64,000 nt of DNA from NCBI GenBank assembly GCA_002633005.1, contig NMRA01000237.1, positions 310,001 through 374,000 on the forward strand, in the 5' to 3' direction. Source of the stretch: Phoronis australis (taxonomy: Eukaryota; Animalia; Phoronida). The notes under the pieces are model-generated. The model did not search any database. It saw only the letters and a list, made by a program, of their open reading frames with translations, and was not told where the DNA came from. This document shows positions 15,501 to 27,500 of this stretch, piece by piece. Position numbers and translations under genes: made by a program. Numbering within the stretch: position 1 is the first letter of the stretch; each line of letters opens with the position of its first letter.

Positions 15501-18500
15501 CTGGAGATTTTCAAATGCAGAGTTTTAATTGGACGAATCATGGCTATGAAACTGAACGTCTTATCTTGACTTGCTTATTACCAAAAGCTAGAAGTCCAGA
15601 CTTAGGAAGACCATTACTGGTGTTTCTCCCATAATTCAGCACTCTTGAGTACTTGTCTGATCATGTTTGACTGGCAGCCATTTTACTTGAAGTAGTAAGA
15701 TAAGGCAAATAAGGTTGTGTTCTAATTTGCCAAACACTAACAACACTTGTAATGCAAGTGAGATCTTACATGATCTCAAAACTAATTTAATGAACACACT
15801 CTTGTTTGTTGCACCTTAGCTCCTCCTGTCATTACTCTGGATGAGAGATACCTTGGCACCGTCACGCTGAGAGCTGGATCTGCCACCGTCTTTGAAGTTC
15901 CCTTCACGGGCAGTCCGCAGCCCAAAGTAACCTGGTTCTTCAATGGAAAGGTGCTGTCCCAGCACAGACGAATCAAAGAAGAGACGATACATAATCTGAC
16001 GTGCCTGCGACTGAAGGGCGTTGAGAAGCAGGACTCGGGCCAGTACAGAGTGCTGGTGGAGAACAAATGTGGCAAGATGGAGGTCACCATCACACTGGTG
16101 GTTGTTGGTAAGACAGGTTTAATTTAGGTGTTGGGACATTTTGAATCATCTGCTATTTCAAAAATTGGTTGACGATTATTTCTGGCTGTCCATCCTTTTG
16201 GGTAATTTTAGGCATTTTGGTAATGGTAGTAGTCAGATACATTGGTGATTTTGCAAATCTTCGTGTCAGATTATTGAAAAATTTTGCTTTCGAAATATTA
16301 TGAGTTTACCATTTATTTAATATTATTCTAATGAAAAAGTTTTTTGACATCAGTGTGTCTCTGAAAGAGAGTTTCATAAGTTATTTACTTTGAGATGTAT
16401 TATTAATCCTGTCTATCTTTTGTTCTCAGACAAACCTGATGCACCACGTAACTTGAAATCAAAGAACGTTTCTGAGACCTGTGTTGGTCTTGAGTGGGAG
16501 GCACCTGAACATGACGGAGGAAGCCCAGTGACAGGTTATGTGGTGAGCAAGCGGGAGGCCAACAGGCGTGCTCTGTCTGCTGTGACCACAACTAATGACC
16601 TGCACTGCATTGTGGGTCAACTGATAGAAGGACAGAAGTACATCTTCCAGGTGGCAGCCGAGAACAAATATGGCGTCAGTGAACCAGTGGAGACATCTCA
16701 AGGAATTCTGGCAAAGAGTCCATTCAGTAAGTTATTTCACAAAATTGTTTTTTGTAAAAGGATTTATTTTTGAGGCATCTCTTATTGTAGGTTTGTTGTC
16801 CTCTTAAGATTTCAGAATGTGGGGAAAATAATTGAAGAAACATTTTTTGCATACTTGTTATTAACTTTGAATTATAATCTTGAAAAATACGTGTTTTTTA
16901 TTTTTCTCTATCTTCCAGATCCACCTGCACCTCCATCCATGCCCGTAGTCTCTGACATCTCCAGCAAGGGGGCGACACTGGCATGGTCACCGCCCGCCAA
17001 TGACGGCGGCAGTCCCGTGACCGGGTACTACGTGGAGCGATGCACTGGCATCAGTTCACGATGGATCAAGATCAACCGTGACCCTATCATAGCGGAGAAG
17101 CTGACGATGACGGATCTGATGGAAGGCACCCAATATCAGTTTAGAATTGTTGCCGTCAATATTGTTGGTAACAGTGCTCCAGGTGAACGCTGTGATCCAT
17201 TTACAGCCAAAGATCCTTGGGGTATGTTATTTACAGTTACGCTGGTAGGAAAGTGGTTTGGAGATTTATGCCTTTTAGGTATGAACCATGCAAAAGTGTC
17301 TGCCATCCATTTTCATTTTCCTTTCTTATTTTTCATCCAATAAGCTGATGGTTGTTAGCCTCAATAGGATATAAAAAAAATTTCCACCAAGTTATTTCCA
17401 TTCATTATTACGATGTGTCATGTGTTTATAAAGTTTTATGGCTCAGATTACAATTGGTGATAATGTAAAATTAGAAGTTTCAGAGTGACAAAAATCTGAT
17501 CTGACCTTATTTTGGCTCTATCCAAAAGAACAAAACTGGTTGAGTTGGTTAGCAAATATGATTTTTTGTTTTATGTATTTGTGCAGCTATCGTAATAGCT
17601 CTCCTCCATTGATTTCTTCAGACAAACCTGGGCCTCCGAGAAAACCAGAAATCACTGACGCCACTGAGACAAGTGTCTCCCTCAAGTGGAAGTCACCAGA
17701 GAATGATGGTGGATCACCCATTACCAACTACATTGTGGAGTATCGCATACTAAGAGGTTTCAAGTGGCAGCGAGCCAACAAAGTCGTGCTGACGGAGACC
17801 AGCTTCACAGTGACAGGTCTCATAGATGATACGGACTATGAATTCCGCGTCAGTGCGGAGAACAAGGCTGGTGTCGGTGAACCATCAGAGACGACCATCC
17901 CAGTCAAGGCTAAAGAGAGAATTGGTAGGCAATTGTCTGTACTAACGTTGGTTACGATTGCTATTCAGAATAACTTTGTGTTTTGAAATTTTAATCTGGA
18001 TTCTGGACATTTGAACGATTGGGGTTTAGCTGTTTTCACATTATGTTTTGATAATGAATACTTCTGTCTTAAACTGTTAGGCTATGTTAGACTGTCTTTT
18101 GATAGTATAAAGAATTGTGAATTCCTTTTTCTTAAATTCACATGGTTTACCAGTCATACTAACTTGAAATTTCTTATATCTTATCTATAGCTATGAGTTT
18201 GAGGTTTGAAGTCAGCAATTTAAAATAGAATACAATGAAAAGTAACCAACTTTGTTCAACTTGTTGATCAATGAAATCAAGATTTGATTTGTTATTCCAT
18301 TAACAATTACATACTTGTTGTTGTTTAGTTGGCCAAGCTCCTAAACTGAAGGAGGGATTGTCTGACACAACTGTAGTGTCTCCAAAGACTGTTAAACTAA
18401 CGTGTCAGGTGGATCTTGGGTCACCTCAACCAGAGGTTAAATGGTAAGAGTTTGAATGATTGTTTTATGTATGATGTCTCTTGTAATCAAGACGGTGAAT

Positions 18501-21500
18501 CAAAGTGGCTTTGGTTCTAGTGTTAAAAACATCCATATTCTTCAGAGGTATATTATCTCTTGCAAACCATCGTCCATTGAGCTGTTATCCTTTGTTTGAC
18601 TTGAAATTGGTTGCTGTTATTTTCCCCGACACACCTTCATTTCCAAGCCGCCATTTTACCTGACAAACAGCAGTTTGCCGGGTAAAATTTACTGTCTGTT
18701 TGTCGACATTTTGCAAGGAGGCGGAGCTTGTGATAGGTCAATTCCTCCCACAGCCGTACAGCATTGGCAACTGAAAGTAAGCTGCCGTGATATGCAACGT
18801 AAAGCCTAACTTCAATGGAATTTTGTTACTTTAGATGTGTTAGGCTAACTAGTTAGTCCTAGCAAAGCGTTGGGAAAATAAGGAAACGCGAGTTCAATCA
18901 CGCAAGTGTAAATCCGTCAAATGATAAGAGAAGCTGCCATTTTTTGCTTTGTTGCGTCACCGCGAGATCCCAGCACAAACTACAAAAGGTTGTATTGCAT
19001 CTATAAGGGTCTGTTTAGAACACCATTGCGTGCTGGTGTTATTCGCAGCTGTTTGAAATAAAAGGTGATTCTCTTGGTGACATAGACAAAAGCAAGCCAG
19101 TACGCCTAACAGTTCGTTACATTTGGCAACTTATGGCACTAGAGGGCTCAGATTGATGCTCTTAACATACTGTAGGAACCAAATTTAGTTGTGTTACCGA
19201 TGAAGATAGGCTTTAATGGAACTGGTTTGAAGAGCTACAATATTTCTCATGGGCGCCTTATCATTATGGAATGAAAATTAAGTTTTTATATGAAAACACC
19301 TTAAATTTCTTAATTAATAAAATTGAGCAATTGCATTAGTGATCATAATTGTTATAAAGTATTCCATACTTTGCCTCTTTTCTTTGTGCAGGTTTAAGGA
19401 GAGCAAGGAATTATTTGCCAACAGAAAATTCCAGATGGAACAAGTTGGTGGCGAACTGTCTCTGGTTGTCAAAGAAACCGAGATCAATGACTCTGCCAAA
19501 TACCGCTGTGAAGTGTCCAACCAGTTAGGACGAGTATCAACCCATGCTGAACTTACAGTTCAAAGTGAGTACTTTTTCCTTTACAGTGTTGGTTAGGTCA
19601 ATTCGAAACTTCAAACTGGAATAATTAAGCTAAGTTATCGTTGGTGAATCGCCCTGTTTGTTAAGTAATCGGTGAATGTTGTACTGTCCATGGTGTCATC
19701 ATGTGCAGTTATACACCCTACTGAAGTATCAAAACAAAGACTTCTACCCAAAGATGAATCAGAACCATGGTTTTTAAACATGGCGCGGCTTTTGTCTTAG
19801 ATGGTTTTTGCATAGAAATGGTATTTTTTCAGCATTTTTTCTTAAAGCCAGCTTGTTTTAGTATGCAGTGTTTTCACAGTGGCATGATCATCAATAGAAT
19901 GAATTAACTGTCTTTGAGTTTTTCAGTTTTTATTAAAAAATGTCTGTTTTTCAGACAAAAAACTTAAAATCACATTCTGCGGATGCAGTGTCCATCTACA
20001 ATGGGTTACACTCATTTTAAACAAAATTTTGCATCCACAATAATTATTGTTAAAAATTAATTTTACTTTATGAAGGCTTTAATACCGAGTATTCCATCCT
20101 AATGTTACGATTGCCTTATTTTGTAGGCCAACCTGTCATTGAGTATGACAAGCGCTATTCTCAACCTCTATCACTGAATGGTGGCGCCAGTCTTGTCATT
20201 CCTGTCACAGTCACTGGTACACCTGCGCCGAAGATTACCTGGATGTTTGGTGATGTGAATTTGGATACCTCGAGAGCCAGTGTTGACACCGGCTTTGGAC
20301 GTTCAACGCTCACTGTTCGTGGAGTGAGTAAGAAAGATGCTGGTAAATACAAGGTGGTAGCTGAGAATCCTGTTGGCCAAGCTGATGCCGAGTTCAAAGT
20401 TTCCATCAAAGGTGAGATGCTGCCTGTTAGTACAATGCTATGTTAAGATCTGGTTGTGAGATTGCACTGTATCCACTAACTTTCCTTTGTGTTACACATG
20501 AACTGCTTTAATAAGCCCTGTTTTATCAAAAGTCGTAAGTTTGCTCTTACCTGAGACGGTAGTTCATTAGTGAACAATTCATTAACTTGGTTTACGAAGG
20601 TGGAAGGTCAGCTTAAATGTGAACTTTGATCATGTTTGCATGAGTAGCAATCATTTTCACTAATGCTTGCAGTGTTACCTTCACAAAAACCCTTCTATGA
20701 CCATCTGTTGTTGCCTTTTGGGATCAAGATCATGACTGGGGAGAGCACTGCAGCAATATGAATGTGTCCAAGTGTGGAAGATTCGGACCCCATAAGACCC
20801 CTAATTCCTCTAGATTCTTGCCTGTGATGTTACTGAATATTTTTATTAACTACAATGATGAATAGGTTCTGTTGTTCAGTTGTTCATTTGCTTCTGTGAA
20901 TAGGTTTGTTTACTAGAAAAATTTAAGGATTAAAGTCATGGCAAATTACTTGTGATTCTAGACAAGCCATCGCCGCCAGCAGACCTGAAAGTCTCCTCCG
21001 TTACTAAGAATTCCATCTGCATCTCATGGAGAGCTCCTGAGGATGATGGTGGACGAGAGATCACCGGCTACGTCATAGAGAAGAGGGACGCCAAGAGGAC
21101 CATGTGGTCGTACGCTGGTAACACTGGTGCGCGTGATCACGTGTTCACTGCAACCAAACTGACGGAAGGAAATGAGTACCTATTACGAGTGTTTGCCGAG
21201 AATGAAATTGGCGCCAGTGAACCGGCTGAGCTCAGTGAATCTGTCATGGCCAAGAATCCGTTTGGTGAGTTTTTGCTCTGAACTGAGTACGTTAAAGCTC
21301 ACCAAGTTTGTAGTACACAAAATGGCCGACAAGTGAAATTTTATTTTTTTATAACTGAAGCACCAAATTTATTTAATACTTTCCCATGGTAAAGTTGTGT
21401 ACCAAAACTGTCATCAGTGAATATCTTCAAAAATTGTGGGCATTCACAACTGTGTTAGAAGCTTTTGAAGAGTGTGAAAATGACAATTTTAGTAAATTTA

Positions 21501-24500
21501 AGATAAATAGCACAAAATAAATGCTCTGTCACTCTGAACTTGTGCACTATATATGGACATCGTTTTTAGAGGCTATAATCATTCACAACAATCCTAGAGG
21601 CCTTTTTGAAATAAAAAATGACAAATTTTGGCAATTGTTTTTCAGTGTCAGAAATTGTTGAGATTTGAATGTGTAAACCATCCATAAAAATTTTGATAGG
21701 ATATTTAAGGCCATCTTATGAAATTTGAGTCCTAAGTACTTTTGTCCACCCCATTACTTTGTCATGGTTCAGTCACCATATTTTCGTTTTCCATATCGCC
21801 ATTACATTTCAGATGAACCGTCTGCACCACGTAAGCTGACTGTGTCGGACCTGACCAAGTCTGCTGTAACCCTACAGTGGCAGCCGCCATCATCTGATGG
21901 TGGATCACCCATAACTGGCTACGTCATTGAGAGGAGACCGGTAAATACTGCAGAGCAATTTAAGAGATCATGCTAGGTGGCGCTAGTGTAAAGCAAGATC
22001 TCGCCCAACTTTTCAAGTCAATTCTGGCAGTGTTTTGTCAGAAATATTGATAGTAGGATACATGTAAATTGGATACTGTCTCCATTGACTTTTTGCAAAC
22101 AGGTCATGCTGCAATTAATTTTTCATTAATAGTTGAAAAGGTATGTCTTTGGTAGCTATCTTACATATTAGTCTTCTTCAAAAGTCTTCAAATTTCTTTT
22201 TGGAAGATGCCATATGATTCATTCCCCATTAAAGTACTTCCAAAAATGTTTACTTGGCGGGCTCTCACAATAGATGATTTCCTCTGACATTTTTAGGAAA
22301 TTTTATGTAAACCATACATCAGCTAGTAACGCCTTCTTCCATTTTGTTATACATTTTCTAATCTTCAAATTCTCAATAGACGTCAGTGATACCTAAGAAA
22401 CAAATACAGGTGATATTGAACTTCAAGCTTAATTTGAGAATTATATATTGTCCCCTGTTGGTTTTCACAGCCCTACAGTTCTCGGTGGGTCCGCGTGAAC
22501 CGCAGCCCCATAAAGGAGACAAACTTCACCATCAGTGACTTGGTCGAAGGTAACGACTATGAGTTCAGAGTTGTTGCCGAAAATGAGGCTGGTACAGGGG
22601 AAGCAGTCAATACACCCATCATTAGGGCTAAAGATCCATACAGTAAGTTGGCATTGTTTGAAAGACAGGATTCCCGTCACTCGTTATATGGCAATTATGG
22701 CCTTCACAGCTACCTGTTTGTTGATAGCGAGTTTATAAAATAAGTTATCTCTGCTCTTTCTATGGATACCAGTGAGGAGTATTTGATGAGCAAAACTAAC
22801 TTCTTTGTGGGCTGCAGCTTTAAAGTCTTGCTAGGTAGCTCATTGTTTCCTTCTTAATCACATATTTTGTTGAGTTCAGCTATAATTAAACTTTTTAGTG
22901 CCTGTGTCAAAGTACTGATTGATTGAGATTGACGTGGTGCAGTCATCTTTGTACTGTTTTCTCGTGTGGAAAATGCAACATTTAATTCTGATGAATGGAA
23001 AAGAGCAAACAATAGCAGCAGAAAAATGTCTGGTTACTGCAAATGTCTGCTTAGTATTTTCGTGTTTATGAACTTCACTGCATTCGCTGTACTTGTGTAT
23101 TCTCAGCTGTTCCGGGGGCTCCCGGTCAACCAACTGCTACCAAAGTTGGCAAAAACTTCGTGACCCTTGAATGGCTTGCACCCAAAGAAGACGGGGGCAG
23201 CCCTGTCACTGGCTACATCATCGAGCGCCAAGGTCAGGGTTCTTTCCGTTGGGTCGTAGTCAACGTGCAGGCACCTGTGCAGGAATGCACGTACACTGTG
23301 TCTGGACTACAGGAAGGCGAGGTTTACAACTTCCGTGTTTTGGCACAGAACAGAGCTGGTGCGAGTGCCCCGTCTGCTGTTTCAGACAGTATCACAGTGA
23401 AGGAACCAATTGGTAAATATCTTGTTTGCAATTTTCTGGTTTAGAAGACTTTGACTTTAGCACTGATCTGTTCTTGTCAGCCCCAATCAGAAGGCATACT
23501 NGTGCCTATGTCAGAGTACTGATTGATTGAGATTGACGTGGTACAGTCATCTTTGTACTGTTTTCTCGTGTGGAAAATGCAACATTTAATTCTGATGAAT
23601 GGAAAAGAGCAAACAATAGCAGCAGAAAAATGTCTGGTTACTGCAAATGTCTGCTTAGTATTTTCGTGTTTATAAACTTCACTGCATTCGCTGTACTTGT
23701 GTATTCTCAGCTGTTCCGGGGGCTCCCGGTCAACCAACTGCTACCAAAGTTGGCAAAAACTTCGTGACCCTTGAATGGCTTGCACCCAAAGAAGACGGGG
23801 GCAGCCCTGTCACTGGCTACATCATCGAGCGCCAAGGTCAGGGTTCTTTCCGTTGGGTCGTAGTCAACGTGCAGGCACCTGTGCAGGAATGCACATACAC
23901 TGTGTCTGGACTACAGGAAGGCGAGGTTTACAACTTCCGTGTTTTGGCACAGAACAGAGCTGGTGCGAGTGCCCCGTCTGCTGTTTCAGACAGTATCACA
24001 GTGAAGGAACCAATTGGTAAATATCTTGTTTGCAATTTTCTGGTTTAGAAGACTTTGACTTTAGCACTGATCTGTTCTTGTCAGCCCCAATCAGAAGGCA
24101 TACTCTGCAATGATGGTTATCTTTGTCTGGTGGGGAGAAGTTGAGCATTTTGAGAAATTACGTAACATTATTTTTGTATGAATTCTAATTTTTTTAGTGT
24201 TGTGCTTGCTAAAACAGGAATTTTTCTCCAATCTATCAAAAGTAATTAATAATGGAAAGTAAAATTATGGAAAGTTCAGTTTTGTGTCTTTGTCATTTTC
24301 GTCATGTGCCATTTGTCGATTGCACTTTTTAAAGTTAATTATGTATTGTTTTATTTCCTGTGACTAGTTGGTGATATTCCTAAGATCAAAGACTTTGAAA
24401 GCGTCATTGCCATCTCTGGTGAGAATACCAAACTAAAGTGCACCATCAAAGGCCAACCAGTACCAGAGCTCAAATGGAGCAAGGAATGGAAGGATATTCA

Positions 24501-27500
24501 CACAGGACATAGACACAAAGTTGACTTTGATGATGGTGTCGCATCTTTAGTCATTAGTGACATCACACCATCAGATGCGGGCACATACACCATCGAGGCA
24601 AAAAATGCTCTAGGCTCTGCCCGTGAATCTGTGACACTCACTGTACAGAGTCCTCCAGAAATCCAGCTTGATAACCGCTACCGTGACCTGATCTCTGTCC
24701 GATCTGGTGGAACTCTGAAACTCTCGGCTAGATTACGAGGCTTTCCTCAACCAACCATCACATGGACGAGGGATGGTGAGGATCTTGTGCCTGATGGGCG
24801 AGTCACCATTGATGTAAATGATGATTCAACAACTCTCATTGTGAAGCGGCTGACCGCTAAGGATGACGGCATGTACAATGTGGTGGCAAGGAACCCTGCT
24901 GGGGAAGCAATGGCAGCGTTTGATGTGGAAGTCATAGGTAAAGTGATAATAGTTCATGCATGCAACTGTTGTCCCAGTTTTTCTGATGGGAAAATTGGTC
25001 GGACTTATTCTTCTGTGTTATATAAAAACTGCTTGTGTCAGGGGTTTTTGAGTGCCAAGTCGTACTGGTAGATGAAATGCATCAGTGTGTGCTGTTAAAT
25101 CCCAAAGTCATGGATAAATGTTACTTTCTGCCTGTTTTCTATATAATTTTCTGGCAAGAACACATTTCCACTCTAATGTCTTTACCTCAACTTGTTTGTA
25201 GGCTTACGAAATTTCTTTCCTTTCTCAATCAGACATTTTTCCTGCACAATATTGATAGTACGTTTTTTGTATTATTCTCCATGCTTACATCATTTTATCA
25301 AGATAGATCTTTAAGTTAACTTTCTGCTCTTTCTGTAAGTAATACCTATCAGCATTCTGATGCACGAATTTCATTTTATGCGCTTAAGTCTATAAGTTAA
25401 TGTATGAATGACAGTGAACTACCATTGCATCTTTTATAATCTAGACTTTCTCTTCTCCAACAGATAGACCAGATGCACCAAATGGACCACTAGAGGTCAC
25501 TGATATCCAGAAGGAATCAGTGACTCTCACATGGCAACCACCAACATCAAACGGAGGCAGTGACCTAACGGGATACATCATCGAAAAGTGCGATGCACGC
25601 CGCCAGAACTGGTCAAAGGCGGCATCGTTGTCACCATCCAAAACAAGTTACACTGTCAATGGACTTGTTGATGGCAACAGTTACCGTTTCAGGATAGCTT
25701 CTGAGAATGCAGTGGGTCCCAGTGACTTTCTGGAGCTTCCTGATTCCATCACTGCAAAGAGTCCTTATGGTAAGCAGCTTCTATTCTGTGCTATATAAAT
25801 TATCACTAAATGAAAAAACATACAAATTAAATATTTTTCAATTCATTTTGTGGTTATTTTTGTCACATGTCAAGAGTAGTAACTTCTCAAGTTCTAGTTC
25901 TTAGTAACAGACTAATTCATATTACAACTCCTGTGTTGTTTGAAAAGAGGAACTAATTGTCTACTAGAAGTTTAGAAATCTAAATGTCTTAGAAATTATG
26001 AAAATTTGCCAATTTATATTAGCCTGGTGTTTAACTGAAAATTCTCACTTAAATCAACAATAGAGCTATGTATATGTGCGTATGTTTGTATGTATGTACG
26101 TATGTATGTATGTATGTATGTGTGTATGTTAATGTCATGATGAATGCATAGGTGAAGATTCGCCGTATTTGACAAGCAGTCATTTCCGTCTTACGTACAT
26201 TAATTTTCATATGCCACTTCTTGTCCTGTATTCCATCTTCAGGTTTGAAGTCTTAAACTTACAAAAAAGCTTTACAGGGATCTTCCCTAGAAAACCCCAT
26301 TTTCCTCTGACTTCAAGCGAAATTTCACTATTTTGTATTGTATATTAATCTTCACAAACTTTCCCCCATTCTTGTGTGTCGTTTCTCCTTCTCACCGACT
26401 ATTTTCTCGACTTGATTAACATCACTTCCTTTGTACCATTTTGGTTCAAACTGTCGCGCATGAACCGTCGGATGACCCGTTTTGGTTTCCCTGGACATAT
26501 TTACTGCATGGATATCTCTTATCAACTGGTAAGTCCTTGCATTTTATTAACTTTTGTTGAGCAAACTTATTGGATTCCAGATCTCATTTGAAAAACATGT
26601 TTTTTAGTCATATCACGTAACTTTCCTTTGCACACCACACAGAAGCTAAACTGGGTTATTCACTTACTGGTGTGAACCAAAGCAATTCCAACTACGTTTT
26701 TCTAATATCAAACTCTCAAAGTTTGCTGTGGATATTTGACATGCATGTACATCGATTTGAGTTTGTGTAGTTAGAATTTGTGAAATTGAGTAGTTAGTAC
26801 TTAAAGTGTTTTAATTGCATTAAATTTAGTTGTAGTCCTAATCATTTTGAACCTCTAACTCCCAAACATACTTACTCAGGAAACGCATTTAGATTTGTTT
26901 GTTTTAACAGATATACCATCCTCTCCAACTGGCCCAGTGGAGTTACTAAGTTCCACCAATCATTCATTGACCATTGAGTGGAAGCCACCAAAATCTGACG
27001 GAGGGACACCGATTAAGTGTTACTACATAGAAATGATGGATCAGTTCATCTGGAAGAGAATTGCCATCGTTTCATCCAAGCAGCTGACATTCAGAGCTGT
27101 CGGCTTGATGGAGAGCTTTACCTACACATTCCGAATAACTGCTGAAAATGAAGCAGGAAGAAGTGAGCCTCTAGTCTCAGCAGAATTCTCACCCAGACCG
27201 CCTGCAGGTTAGATTCCAAATTGTTTATACTGTCTTCTAATAAATTATAGTAAGTTTTTATTTAGCAATCATCATATTGTATACATAGAATTAGCAGAAA
27301 AGCAGTAATATCTTTGCCTTCTTCTTAAGTCTTCATTACAAAGTAAAACATGATGCTATAGAAATTTCACATGAGTGATTATTTCACTTTTATGTTTTAG
27401 GAGTTCCGTCAGCTCCCAGGGGTCCTGTAAAAGTCAGTGACCTTGGGCCCACCAGTCTTAAACTGGAATGGAACCATCCATTATCTGATGGTGGTTCACC

